Shown here: positions 19,053-29,390 of the stretch, piece by piece
Layout of the letters: each line of letters opens with the position of its first letter
How positions within the stretch are numbered: position 1 is the first letter of the stretch
NCBI GenBank assembly: GCA_964486045.1
Contig: CAZALK010000010.1
Location: forward strand, 64,001-128,000
Source: an uncultured archaeon
Lineage (GTDB): Archaea > Asgardarchaeota > Lokiarchaeia > Sigyniarchaeales > SOKP01
Direction: 5' to 3'
Length of the DNA stretch: 64,000 bases
Made by a program: the position numbers and the translations under genes
Notes under the pieces: model-generated
The model's database searches: none
Told to the model about the DNA's origin: nothing
What the model saw: the letters and a program-made list of their open reading frames with translations, nothing else

Positions 19053-19745
19053 ATGAGAAAGTTTAATCAATTCTTTGACAAACTTTTCAGTATTATCCCT
19101 GGATACATATTTGGCTTGTTAGCATTCACAATTGGATTTTTAGGGGATATAGTGGCGTTATTATTATCTCCAGAATATCAAATGTGGAGGAATTCTATTA
19201 GCATGTTAGGTCTTGCAACGGGGGGGATTTATTTACGATTAGGCTTGATAATCTCTAATATTTTTGCGATCCCTTTTGTTATTTATTTTGGAAGAGTATT
19301 AAAAGATGAAAATGTAAACGAATTTGTAAGGAAACTCGCAATAGGATGTGGAATTTTTACTTCTGTAAGTGTTATATTAACAGGAGCTTTCACAGGTAGA
19401 GGGGTGTTTCTTGATACTATGCATGGTGTATTTGCGCTTTTGAGTTTTATTGGCGGAGCAATTTTTTGTTCACTTTACACATTTTTAGTCGTTAAAAATA
19501 GAAAATTCTCAAAATCGATCTTCTATATTGGTTTTATTATTAGTGGAATCATAGTCTCTTATTTAATACCATTCTTCATAACGAGTTTTTGCGACTTATT
19601 TCAAAATATCTGTTACTCTCTTGGGGTGGCTATATACATAATAATGCCAACTTATGAGTGGACTGGGATTTTTGCCATATTATTCTGGTATTTAACTAAT
19701 TCGATATATATAATGAGAAAAAAGATTGATTTTGTGAAAGAATAG
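19053..19745 (+). CDS. DUF998-like membrane protein, tandem paralog of the previous gene
   Basis: PEYQMWRNSISMLG, HG, YEW; aligns with 18313..18963. Confidence 0.7.
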   Translation: MRKFNQFFDKLFSIIPGYIFGLLAFTIGFLGDIVALLLSPEYQMWRNSISMLGLATGGIYLRLGLIISNIFAIPFVIYFGRVLKDENVNEFVRKLAIGCGIFTSVSVILTGAFTGRGVFLDTMHGVFALLSFIGGAIFCSLYTFLVVKNRKFSKSIFYIGFIISGIIVSYLIPFFITSFCDLFQNICYSLGVAIYIIMPTYEWTGIFAILFWYLTNSIYIMRKKIDFVKE

Positions 19746-19781
19746 AGTTTTTTTAATTTAATAACCTTAGTGGAGGATTAA

Positions 19782-20456
19782 ATGGATTCTATAGATTTTG
19801 TAAGAGATATAAATATAGAACAAACGGATGCTCTCATAGTTATTGACATCCAAAATGATTTTATCCCAGGAGGAGCTTTACCCGTGGAGGAGGGTGATTT
19901 AATAATCAATAGAATTAATGAAGTTGCAGATCTTTTCAAAAAAGTAAGCAGGAATGTGATATTGACTCAAGATTGGCACCCTTCAGGACATCTATCTTTT
20001 GCGAGTAGTCATCCAGGGATGAATCCTGGTGATGAATATCATTCTATGGATAGTGCTATAGGTCCGGTTCTTTGGCCTGATCATTGTGTTCAAGGAACTC
20101 ATGGTGCTAAATTTCATGAAAACTTAGATTTAAACCTAGCTAGCATTATTCTAAGGAAGGGAAGGAACCCAAAAGTTGATAGCTATTCTGCCTTTCTTGA
20201 AAATGATAAAAAAACAGAGACTGGTTTAGCAGGATATTTAAAATCTAATAATGTTAAGCGTATTTTTGTTTGTGGATTAGCTCTTGATTACTGTTGCTAT
20301 TTTTCTGCTATGGATGCTGTTGATTTAGGATTTAATACATATTTTATAATGGATTTAACCAGAGGAATTGATCTACCCCCAGGAAATATATTAAATTCAA
20401 TAGAAAATATGAAGAAAAAAGGGATCAAATTTACCAATCAGGGGAATTTCAAATAA
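19782..20456 (+). CDS. pncA: Nicotinamidase/pyrazinamidase
   Basis: IDIQNDFIPGGAL, TQDWHP, WPDHCVQGT, DSYSAF, GLALDYC. Confidence 0.95.
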   Translation: MDSIDFVRDINIEQTDALIVIDIQNDFIPGGALPVEEGDLIINRINEVADLFKKVSRNVILTQDWHPSGHLSFASSHPGMNPGDEYHSMDSAIGPVLWPDHCVQGTHGAKFHENLDLNLASIILRKGRNPKVDSYSAFLENDKKTETGLAGYLKSNNVKRIFVCGLALDYCCYFSAMDAVDLGFNTYFIMDLTRGIDLPPGNILNSIENMKKKGIKFTNQGNFK

Positions 20457-20492
20457 TAATAGTTATTTTATATCTTTCTTTTCAATCAAATA

Positions 20493-20972
20493 ATGGAAAA
20501 AAAGTTTCCCTATAAGTCAATTTTAGTTGTATGTAGTGTCAACACTGCTAGAAGTGTCATGTGTGAGGGTTTCTTAAAGGATTTCTTTCTTAAGCATAAT
20601 CTGAATGTCAAGGTTAATTCTGGGGGAATTTCATCTTACGCTAGAGATGGGATGTTAATATCGATGGATGCCAAATTAGCGATGAGGGAGATAGGATTAA
20701 AATTATCAGAAGATTATTTATCAAAGGATTTAAAAAAGCATCCAGAATTAATTAAAGGAACAGATTTGATTCTTACATTAACAGATAAACATAAAGAAGA
20801 AATTAATGCCTTCTACAATCTCAATAGTATAGAGATTTTAACTTTAAAAGAATTTGCTGGAGAAAATGGAGACATCAGGGATCCTAGCATGAAAGAGCTT
20901 GAAGGATTTAGAATAGCACGAGATGAAATATATAGGTGTTTAATAGAAGGTTTACAAAAATATACGTTTTAA
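20493..20972 (+). CDS. Low-molecular-weight protein tyrosine phosphatase family
   Basis: VCSVNTARS (CX5R) and DIRDP. Confidence 0.9.
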   Translation: MEKKFPYKSILVVCSVNTARSVMCEGFLKDFFLKHNLNVKVNSGGISSYARDGMLISMDAKLAMREIGLKLSEDYLSKDLKKHPELIKGTDLILTLTDKHKEEINAFYNLNSIEILTLKEFAGENGDIRDPSMKELEGFRIARDEIYRCLIEGLQKYTF

Positions 20973-20975
20973 AAA

Positions 20976-21821
20976 ATGATAGAGTATCTAATTATTGCAG
21001 TTCTCCAAGGATTATTTGAATGGCTCCCTATCTCATCATCGGGGCAAACTATGATTGTAGCCACAAACTTCTTTGGTATTTCTTCAGAGAATGCTTATAG
21101 TCTTGCAATTTGGTTGCATTTAGGAACAACTTTTGCAGTTTTACTAAAATTTAGAAAAAATTCCATTAAGATACTAAAAACATTAACTCATAAAGAAAAT
21201 GAATTCAATAAAATCGCTTTTAAAGAAAGAAATTGGATAATTTGGGCTACAATAGGGACGGGAATTACTGCTATTCCTCTTTATTTGTTGTTTAAAATAA
21301 TATTTTTAGAGTCCTTTACTGCTTTTCAAGGAGATTTTATAACACTCTTTATTTCTGGTTTATTAATAATTACTGGGGCAATTTTAATAGCAACGAGAAA
21401 AATTTATGGGAATCAGGAAATAGAGCATACTTCTAAAAAGATCATACAAAAAGATAGTTTTCTGTCAGGTCTTGTTCAAGGAGTTTCGATCTTACCGGGG
21501 ATATCTCGCTCTGGTGTCACTGTTGGTGCAATTTTATTAGAAAAGTACAACCAGGATGATGCGCTCAGGTTAAGTTTTTTAATGTCTGTCCCTGTCGCTA
21601 TTGCTTCTATATTAGTTGATATTATGTTAAGTAAAGGGTCAATCTTTGGAACTTTAGACATTCTTACTATTCTAATAACAACAATCGTAAGTTTTGTGGT
21701 GGGGTATTTAACAATTGAATTTTTATTTAGAATAGCACGGCAAATTAATTTTGGGTATTTTTGCATTTTATATGGAGTAATAGCCTATTTAATTATTGTG
21801 CCTTTTTTGGTTATCGCTTAG
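20976..21821 (+). CDS. uppP: Polyprenyl-diphosphate phosphatase (BacA/UppP family)
   Basis: QGLFEWLPISSSG, HLGT, LPGISRSGVT, SFLMSVP. Confidence 0.92.
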   Translation: MIEYLIIAVLQGLFEWLPISSSGQTMIVATNFFGISSENAYSLAIWLHLGTTFAVLLKFRKNSIKILKTLTHKENEFNKIAFKERNWIIWATIGTGITAIPLYLLFKIIFLESFTAFQGDFITLFISGLLIITGAILIATRKIYGNQEIEHTSKKIIQKDSFLSGLVQGVSILPGISRSGVTVGAILLEKYNQDDALRLSFLMSVPVAIASILVDIMLSKGSIFGTLDILTILITTIVSFVVGYLTIEFLFRIARQINFGYFCILYGVIAYLIIVPFLVIA

Positions 21822-22711
21822 ACGATTAAGGTATAACTTTCAATGTACTCTTTTAACTCCTTTTCAATATTAGGAATACCCCTAAAACTTGGAAAATCAT
21901 TCAGATCTACAATATAAAATTTTGATTTATCTCGTGGGCATACCAAATCAAATCCAAAAATCTTAAGATTTAACTCAGATGATAAAATTTTTGAGAAGTG
22001 CTTGATCTCTTCATTAACTTCAAATCTTTCTCGTTTAAGCTTACTCACGTCAATCGTATCTGGTTTTTCTCTTAAATAAAGATAAATAGGATTCTCTCTT
22101 TTTATCCCAAAAACCTTATCTCCTATTACATAAATTTTTATCTCAAATCCATCACATTCAATGAATTGTTGAATATATACATCATAAGAGAGGAATTGTT
22201 TATATTTTTCGCAGAATTTATCAACATCATCAATTTTTTGAACAAGAAAATTAAATCTGTTATATTTTTCATGTTGGTTATGACTTTTAATAACAATAGG
22301 CAATTTCGATAAAGCCCATTCCTTAAATTTGTTTACATCTGTTAAAGATTGGTTCCATGAATTAGGCATTAGAAACTCCTCCAAAGTACCTTTGTGCTTT
22401 TCTAATACTTTTCTTATTGAATAATCAAGAGCTATTTTATTTTTACAAACTAAAACAGTATCTACATCATGGAGAGTTGGTAAATTATAAAGTTTAGCAA
22501 AATGTAATAAATCAATTGAGCATTCATTTCTAACCTTTACAACGATTAGATCTGCATCTTTTACCGATTGAGTCATATCTGATAAGGAGAAGAAATCTTT
22601 AGTCGGGTCATGGTGTACCAATTCAACTGTTTTGGCAAGTTTAAGACTATTTATGACTTCTTTAATGACATTATGATTTTGAATAACTGAAAAAAAGATT
22701 TTTTTTACCAT
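21818..22711 (-). CDS. ATP-grasp protein, ITPK1-like inositol phosphate kinase candidate
   Basis: YIQQFI...IKIYVIGD, IFGFDLV, IVDLNDFPSFRG; ATG at 22711 preferred over the longer track start at 22861. Confidence 0.75.
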   Translation of the reverse strand: MVKKIFFSVIQNHNVIKEVINSLKLAKTVELVHHDPTKDFFSLSDMTQSVKDADLIVVKVRNECSIDLLHFAKLYNLPTLHDVDTVLVCKNKIALDYSIRKVLEKHKGTLEEFLMPNSWNQSLTDVNKFKEWALSKLPIVIKSHNQHEKYNRFNFLVQKIDDVDKFCEKYKQFLSYDVYIQQFIECDGFEIKIYVIGDKVFGIKRENPIYLYLREKPDTIDVSKLKRERFEVNEEIKHFSKILSSELNLKIFGFDLVCPRDKSKFYIVDLNDFPSFRGIPNIEKELKEYIESYTLIV

Positions 22712-23173
22712 AATTATCAATAAAAAAGGGGAATATGTTCTTAAATTTATCAGTTCCAAATGGAATATTTCGCTTATCTTTAAAAACTTGCTGATTATTA
22801 GATCGCTTTGCTCTCCCTCAGGTTGAATTTCATTTAACTTCGTCATCTCCATAAGCACCAATTAGAACATGAAATACATTATATTCGCCTAAGAAGTCAC
22901 CCCTTTTAAAATTATCAAATGATAATTTATTTAAAAATTTAATAAATTTTATCAATCTTTTTAATTAGTCAGCAAATCTGACATTCATTTAAATAGTATT
23001 TAAATAGGATACTTTAATATAAACAATAATATGGCTGATAAAATTGTCAGAATTTCGAATTATTTATAAGGTAGAAAGGATAGAAAACATAATATAAAAA
23101 ATAAGGAAAAATTATATAATAAGATTTACAATCAACAGATTTAATTTTTAAAAATTATTATTAGTCAAATTTT

Positions 23174-24268
23174 ATGACGGGATCTGAAATTAGGGTTGCT
23201 ATAGTCGGTGTAGGAGATGTTTGCTCCGCGCTCGTTCAAGGAACGGAGAATTACAAGGATAACCCAGAAAAAATTATTGGTTTACTCCCAGAAATAACCC
23301 AATATGATATCAATGATGTTAATTTTGTTGTTGGTTTTGACGTTAACTCAAATAAAGTTGGAAGAGATTTAAGTGAAGCAATATTTGTTTCACCAAATTG
23401 CAACACGAAACTGTATCATCCAGATTTTGTAAATGCCCCTATATTAAAAGGACCCGTATTGGATGGATTAGACAGCAATATTAAAAATATAGTTCCTGTT
23501 TCTGAAAACCAAATTGCTGTTGATGTTTCCCAAGAAATGAAAATACGGGATGTAGATGTAACAGTAATATTACTCCCTACTGGAAGTCATAAAGCCGTAA
23601 AATTTTATGCCTTAGCAGCTATTGACGCTGGAGCAAGTATAATTAATGGGATGCCGTCTCCTGTTGTTAATGATCCAGAGATTGTAAAAAAAGCAGAGGC
23701 TCAAAACCTTTCACTAATAGGAGATGATGTTAAATCTCAAGTTGGGGCAACAATAATTCATCGATCTCTTGCGAATCTTTTTCCCATGAGAGGAGCGATT
23801 TTGGATAAAACAATCCAGTTAGATTGGGGTGGATGTAGTGATTTCTACAACTTATTAACCCCCATGCCAAACGGTGAGTTAAGATACGAGATGGGAAAAC
23901 GTCAATCAAAAACTGAAGCAGTTATCGCTAATCTTCCAAACAAAGATACTGTGGAATGTCAGATTTCTGCTGTGGATTACATACCTTTTTTAAAAAATCA
24001 AAAAGAAGCATATATGAGACTGGAAGGAAGAATTTTTGGGGGTGCGTCAGTTCGTGTAGATATTACTATGTTTGTGGAAGATGGTAATAATTCTGCCGGG
24101 ATAATTGCGGATTGTATTAGGATTTCAAAGATTGGAAAAGATAGAAACATCGGTGGTGTATTACAATCAGCCTGCTCGTTTTTTATGAAACATCCACTGG
24201 AGCAATTGGAGGATTACATTGCGAAGAAATATCTCTCAGAATTTATAGAGAATAAAAAAGAGAGATAA
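23174..24268 (+). CDS. ino1: myo-inositol-1-phosphate synthase
   Basis: VAIVGVGDVCSALVQG, GDDVKSQVGATIIHR, SKTEAV, VEDGNNSAG. Confidence 0.94.
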   Translation: MTGSEIRVAIVGVGDVCSALVQGTENYKDNPEKIIGLLPEITQYDINDVNFVVGFDVNSNKVGRDLSEAIFVSPNCNTKLYHPDFVNAPILKGPVLDGLDSNIKNIVPVSENQIAVDVSQEMKIRDVDVTVILLPTGSHKAVKFYALAAIDAGASIINGMPSPVVNDPEIVKKAEAQNLSLIGDDVKSQVGATIIHRSLANLFPMRGAILDKTIQLDWGGCSDFYNLLTPMPNGELRYEMGKRQSKTEAVIANLPNKDTVECQISAVDYIPFLKNQKEAYMRLEGRIFGGASVRVDITMFVEDGNNSAGIIADCIRISKIGKDRNIGGVLQSACSFFMKHPLEQLEDYIAKKYLSEFIENKKER

Positions 24269-24300
24269 AGTGAAAATAGCTAATAGTAATTGGTTTACCC

Positions 24301-25209
24301 CTAAACTGTCGCGGGAGTTTTAAATCGTACTTGTTGCATAATAACTACGTTATAGATATAATCAGATATTAAACTCACAGCTTCAGGAATTCTTCTAAAA
24401 CTTGGGAAATCATTAACATCGATAATGTAAGGTATTCCATCTTTTGTTCGAATATAATCTACACCAAAAATAGACATCCCTATTCTACGTCCTAGACGTA
24501 AAATTCTTCTTTTTAGTTTTTTTTCAATTGGAACACGGATGTGAATTAAATCTAAAGGAGTTAAATTCTGTTTTTGGAGCAACCGGTTATGTGATGTAAT
24601 AGAGACCACCCATCTATCTATTACGTATACCTTATAAATCAGATCAAATTCTCCTAAGTAATTTTGAATAAATAATGGTTTTTCTTGATGATACTTAACC
24701 AGTTTCTTTAATTGATCTGGACTTCTTGCAATTCCAATAATTCGATCATTTTTAGGTAGATTTGGTATGTTATGAGTGTCAAGTTTAATAATAACAGCCT
24801 TTTTATTGACACATACATCAAAAGCTTCATCAAGAGATGAACATGTTTCTGGAATAGTCAATTTATTATGTTTTTGTTCGATAAACTTAAATGTTTCAGT
24901 TCTACTTTCGCATAACTTAACTGATTCAAAACTATTTAACCAGGGAATATTAGGTGCTATATCTTTAACTATGCTATATATTCTCTGATTTTTTTTCTCT
25001 GATAAAAGCTTAACAATAAATAACGAAATTGGGTATTTTTTTAATTTTTTCTTTAAATACTTGGCATTAAAGGAATTGGAATCCTTTTTTAAAAGATTGA
25101 TTATTGAGATATTATAGTTCTTGTTACAGAAATTTTTGATTTTCTTACAAATTTCGAGATCCCTGTTCCAAATAGCGCCAACATAAATTGTATTGAGTTT
25201 ACCTGACAC
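24301..25209 (-). CDS. ATP-grasp protein, ITPK1-like
   Basis: FIQNYL...YKVYVID, IFGVDYI, IIDVNDFPSF. Confidence 0.75.
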   Translation of the reverse strand: MSGKLNTIYVGAIWNRDLEICKKIKNFCNKNYNISIINLLKKDSNSFNAKYLKKKLKKYPISLFIVKLLSEKKNQRIYSIVKDIAPNIPWLNSFESVKLCESRTETFKFIEQKHNKLTIPETCSSLDEAFDVCVNKKAVIIKLDTHNIPNLPKNDRIIGIARSPDQLKKLVKYHQEKPLFIQNYLGEFDLIYKVYVIDRWVVSITSHNRLLQKQNLTPLDLIHIRVPIEKKLKRRILRLGRRIGMSIFGVDYIRTKDGIPYIIDVNDFPSFRRIPEAVSLISDYIYNVVIMQQVRFKTPATV

Positions 25210-25391
25210 TCTAAAAACCCTATTTATTTGATAAACTATTTATAAATTATGGTATATAAATTTATTGATTCTATGCGAACAGCTTGTTATTATGTTTTAA
25301 AATCAAGATGTTTTTAGGATGTAAATTATAATATTCAATCAGCAAAAAATTTAATAAAATTGCTTGGTTTAAGGCAAATAAGGGAATTCTA

Positions 25392-26210
25392 GTGAAAAAA
25401 ATTGGGATAATTATTGATAAATACCATTTAAATAATAAAGTCACTAGTTTCTTAGAATATTTAAAATCAATAGCAAAAGTTAAGTTATACGTAGAAGAAT
25501 CATATTTTTTAATAAGTTCGAGTCACCAGTTTGATGAGGATATATTTTTCCTTAAAGGAAAAGGTGATATAATTTTAAGTTTAGCAAAATTAATTGAAGA
25601 GCATACTACTATTCCTGTAATAAATTCCTTTAAAGCAACCTGTTTAGCTATTAACAGGTTCCTAAATAGTACATACTTAAGAAAAGCAGGAATCCCTGTA
25701 CCTGATTTTTCTTTAAATCCTGACGGAACATCACCACCATTTAAAGATTATATTATTAAAAACATCGTTGATCAAGGAGTCTACAAATTTAACCCAATAA
25801 TAATTGAAAAAGATGGGAATACAAGAGTAGCCGATAAAAGAGCATTGGATGAAGTTAATGGAAAAGAACATCAATATAACTTCCTTTATTATCAGAAATT
25901 TATCAAGAGTAAATGGGAATATAAGATCTATGGCATAGGTGAGAATATTTATTATTATAAACAACTACCTGTTCTGGTAAATCCTATTAAAACTGATTCA
26001 CGGCAAAAAATAGATGAGATTTCAGACTTAGAGGAATATTGTTTAAAAGCAATGGAAATAATGGATATAAAAATTACTTCCCTTGATTTTCATAAAGATC
26101 AGGATGATAAATTTTTTCTCACAGATATAAATTGCACTCCTAATTTTAACTATATGAGAAATGGTTATAAAATTGTAGCAGATTATTTATTAAAAGAAGC
26201 AAAAAATTAA
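25392..26210 (+). CDS. ATP-grasp protein (ITPK1/RimK-like)
   Basis: PVINS, LRKAGIPVP, YYQKFI...EYKIYGIG, LTDINCTPNF. Confidence 0.72.
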   Translation: MKKIGIIIDKYHLNNKVTSFLEYLKSIAKVKLYVEESYFLISSSHQFDEDIFFLKGKGDIILSLAKLIEEHTTIPVINSFKATCLAINRFLNSTYLRKAGIPVPDFSLNPDGTSPPFKDYIIKNIVDQGVYKFNPIIIEKDGNTRVADKRALDEVNGKEHQYNFLYYQKFIKSKWEYKIYGIGENIYYYKQLPVLVNPIKTDSRQKIDEISDLEEYCLKAMEIMDIKITSLDFHKDQDDKFFLTDINCTPNFNYMRNGYKIVADYLLKEAKN

Positions 26211-26217
26211 CGGTTAA

Positions 26218-27024
26218 TTGAAAATGAATATTGGCATATTATCAAAGAGAACAACGACATTTGCAGGAAAAATAAAAAAATATTATGAAAACAAAGGCTT
26301 CAAAGCTACAATTTATACTTTAGATACTCTTGTCATCAATAAGACTCTTTTTAAAAATGATTTTTATATCCTAAAATCAAAAAATCTATTCTTTTTGTAT
26401 GCCGGGTTTTTTTTGGAAGCAAATAATATACCCGTTATACCAAATCCACAAGTTTCTTTTAGGCAAAAAAATCGAATACAATCCCATTTCCTCATAGAAA
26501 AAGCAGGCCTATTAACCCCGAGGTTTTATTTAGGTACTAAAGAAACATTACTAGATCAACTAGATTCAAAAGTTTTTCCTTTAATACTAAAACCAATTAT
26601 GGGCTCAGGAAGTATAGGTGTAAAAGTTATCAATTCTATTAAAGAATTAAAAAAAGAAGAAAACAAAATTCTATATCTTGAAGATTTTATAAAAGGAATA
26701 CATTACAATGTTTATTTTATAGATAAATGTGTCTGTACTTTAATCAAACCATCGTTATCTAATGAACATGTTGAGATGAAGGTAATAAAAACGTCCAAAG
26801 ACATTAGGGAGTTGATTAAAAAGTGGAGATTTTTCCTCACCGAGAATAATCTATTTGGACATTTGGATTTAGTTAGAGATGAATCAAGTAAAGAATTATA
26901 TGTTGTAGATCCAGGTTCATTCCCCGAATTTACAAATTGGAATTGTAATGAATCTCCAGTTAAGAAAATCTGTGATTTAATATTAAATAAATATGAGGAA
27001 AAGAAAGCTAATTTGGACAATTAA
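26218..27024 (+). CDS. ATP-grasp protein (RimK/ITPK1-like)
   Basis: PVIPNP, FPLILKPIMGSGSIGV, YLEDFI, GHLDLV, VVDPGSFPEF. Confidence 0.72.
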   Translation: MKMNIGILSKRTTTFAGKIKKYYENKGFKATIYTLDTLVINKTLFKNDFYILKSKNLFFLYAGFFLEANNIPVIPNPQVSFRQKNRIQSHFLIEKAGLLTPRFYLGTKETLLDQLDSKVFPLILKPIMGSGSIGVKVINSIKELKKEENKILYLEDFIKGIHYNVYFIDKCVCTLIKPSLSNEHVEMKVIKTSKDIRELIKKWRFFLTENNLFGHLDLVRDESSKELYVVDPGSFPEFTNWNCNESPVKKICDLILNKYEEKKANLDN

Positions 27025-27047
27025 AATTATTTTTTAACAAAATAATA

Positions 27048-28022
27048 GTGAAAATGAGCAATAAAGAAGAGTTAGAAGAATATGAGATTTTTGGAATAAA
27101 ACAAAAAGTTAGATTATATAAAATCAAAAACTTCATCTTTGATTTTGGAGGTGTATTAATTGAGAAAACCTTTGTGCTTAAAAATTTACTTGACATGCTT
27201 GAAGCGGATTTGAATATTACCATTCCTCGATTTGAAAATCCATATATCAGGAAATTGAAACGTAAATTAAGTTCTGGAAGAATTTCCTCCCGGATATTTT
27301 TAGAAAGGATTTTTAACAGATTTTATTATCCATTTCAGAAAAAGAATGGAACTCTACCTTCAAAAAAAGTGAATGTGGATTATTACTTAGAATTATGGTT
27401 TGATTTATACTCTCAAGTCACTCATGTGTCTGGAGAAATGGCAGAAATCATTGAGCGTTTACATCAAGCCGGATATATAGTAAGCTTAATGTCAAACACT
27501 CATGAAATCCATGTTAGATCAAATAATTTAAGAGGCTTTTATGATTCCTTTGATAATACTTTTCTATCAAATGAAATTGGGCTTATCAAGCCTGATATGG
27601 AGAAATATAAATATGTGATAAATAAATTAGGCACAAAACCAAAAAATTGTATCTTTATTGACGATAAAATTCAAAATTTAGTCCCAGCTAGAGAATTAGG
27701 GATTATAGTTATCAGATTTGAATCATTTGAAGATTTTAAAGTGAAATTAAATGAATTGGGAATAGGAGAAATCAGTAAGGATTTAAGAAATAAAATAAGA
27801 AAAAAATATAAGAAGTACAAAAAGACAAAAAAAAGGTATAATATAGCAAAGAAAGAATATAAAGAAGCAAAAAAAGAATACCTAAAAAAGAAAAGGAATT
27901 CTCTGAAAAGAAAATTAGAATTCCAACAAAAAAGAGCTGAATATAATAAAAGAAAAACTGAATACAAGAAAGAAAAGAAAAAGAAAAAACAAGACCTCAT
28001 TTCAAAAATAAAGATAACTTAA
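27048..28022 (+). CDS. HAD-superfamily phosphatase with a lysine-rich C-terminal extension
   Basis: FDFGGVL, MSNT, KP, FIDD motifs; ~75-residue K/R/Y-rich tail. Confidence 0.88.
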   Translation: MKMSNKEELEEYEIFGIKQKVRLYKIKNFIFDFGGVLIEKTFVLKNLLDMLEADLNITIPRFENPYIRKLKRKLSSGRISSRIFLERIFNRFYYPFQKKNGTLPSKKVNVDYYLELWFDLYSQVTHVSGEMAEIIERLHQAGYIVSLMSNTHEIHVRSNNLRGFYDSFDNTFLSNEIGLIKPDMEKYKYVINKLGTKPKNCIFIDDKIQNLVPARELGIIVIRFESFEDFKVKLNELGIGEISKDLRNKIRKKYKKYKKTKKRYNIAKKEYKEAKKEYLKKKRNSLKRKLEFQQKRAEYNKRKTEYKKEKKKKKQDLISKIKIT

Positions 28023-28045
28023 CGATTACATATTATATTACTAAA

Positions 28046-29161
28046 TTATGTATTTTCTTCATTCTCTTCTTTTTCTTTATTAAATTCTTCAACTTTTTGC
28101 ATTATTGATTCTGATGGTGTTGTTGGTATAGGTATTTTTTCATAAACTTCAATAAATTTTACATCCTCAATTTCTTCTGCCATATGTGTTTGTAAGTCCA
28201 TGGCAAGCCCGAATTTAACATATGTTAAATTTTGGAAAAGAAGCATCTTTGGAATTATAATTTCAAGTGTTTTATCATCCTTGATGTAATTAACTTTAAA
28301 TTCAGATATATTCTCATTAGGAATTCCTTTATTTATCATAAAATACTCTATTTTTGCATTGAAATCTTCTATTTTGTCTATGATTTCTAAATTATAATCA
28401 AGATTTTGTCCTGCTAAAGGGTGATTGTAATCGATAATAACTCTTCCTTGAACAACATTAGTTATTACACCTCTTTGTCCTTTTTTATTTAAGAACTCAC
28501 GGCCTAATTCGGGATTCTTACCTTCACTTACCTTTCGAAATTTAGCAATACCCATTCTTTCTATTTTCTGGGGATCTCTTTTCCCATATGCTTTAGAAGT
28601 GGGAATTCTAACCGATTTTTTCTCAAAGTAGTTCATTTCTTTAATTATTTCTGTAAGACCTTCATTCAAAAATCCAGGCTTTCCTACAATAACAAATTCA
28701 GGAGTATAAAAACCTTTTTCAGCCTTCTTTTCATCATATGTTCCTGCTTTTTTAGCATCTTCTTCACTAGAAACTCTAAATATAATACCTTTTTGGGTGC
28801 GTCCAGTTAATTTAACTAATATAAAATCTCCTTCTTCAACTTTTTTTCCTTGTAATTTTGATTTTTTTTGTTCTAATCTTTTTAATTCTTCTTGTATCTT
28901 TTCCACTTCTTTCTCTTCTATAGATGCTTCTTCAACAGCGTTAGTAGGACTTGTTTTAGGAGTTTCTTTCAAAATTACTTTAGCATTTTCTATAATTTTT
29001 GAAGCAGTTGCTTTTCCAATTCCCTTAAGTGCAGTTAAATCGTCAGTTTTTGCATTAGCTAATTTTTCAACTGTATCAATACCGGCTTGCTTTAAAGTAT
29101 CCTCTTTTTTGCCAACGCCTTTTACATCACTTAAACTAAAACTCATAATTAACCCATTCAA
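28046..29161 (-). CDS. Long-type archaeal FKBP peptidyl-prolyl isomerase with an N-terminal helix-hairpin-helix domain
   Basis: EGDFILVKLTGR, AYGKRDP, IDYNHPLAGQNL; N-terminal VKGVG...LKGIGKATA. Confidence 0.88.
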   Translation of the reverse strand: MNGLIMSFSLSDVKGVGKKEDTLKQAGIDTVEKLANAKTDDLTALKGIGKATASKIIENAKVILKETPKTSPTNAVEEASIEEKEVEKIQEELKRLEQKKSKLQGKKVEEGDFILVKLTGRTQKGIIFRVSSEEDAKKAGTYDEKKAEKGFYTPEFVIVGKPGFLNEGLTEIIKEMNYFEKKSVRIPTSKAYGKRDPQKIERMGIAKFRKVSEGKNPELGREFLNKKGQRGVITNVVQGRVIIDYNHPLAGQNLDYNLEIIDKIEDFNAKIEYFMINKGIPNENISEFKVNYIKDDKTLEIIIPKMLLFQNLTYVKFGLAMDLQTHMAEEIEDVKFIEVYEKIPIPTTPSESIMQKVEEFNKEKEENEENT

Positions 29162-29243
29162 TTAAAATATAATAAATATAGAATAAAGAGTTAGGTTTTC
29201 AAATATATGATTACTTTTAGATTTTTCTAATTTTTGAATATCA

Positions 29244-29366
29244 TTATGAGACTGGTTTATATAGTATTCCTAAACCAGATGCATAATTTTTTACTTCTTG
29301 CATTTCTTGAGATGTCGGTCTTCGATTTATTTCTGGATAATCAAAACTATGATACTGAGGTCTATA
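29244..29366 (-). pseudogene. Displaced allelic 3' end (40 codons plus stop) of the radical SAM gene 32007..33119
   Basis: YRPQYHSFDYPEINRRPTSQEMQEVKNYASGLGILYKPVS* vs YRPQWKSFEYPEINRRPTSQEMQEVRGYTDKLGILWKPVS*, 31/40 identical. Confidence 0.9.
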
Positions 29367-29390
29367 TTTTTTATTATTAACCAATGAAAA

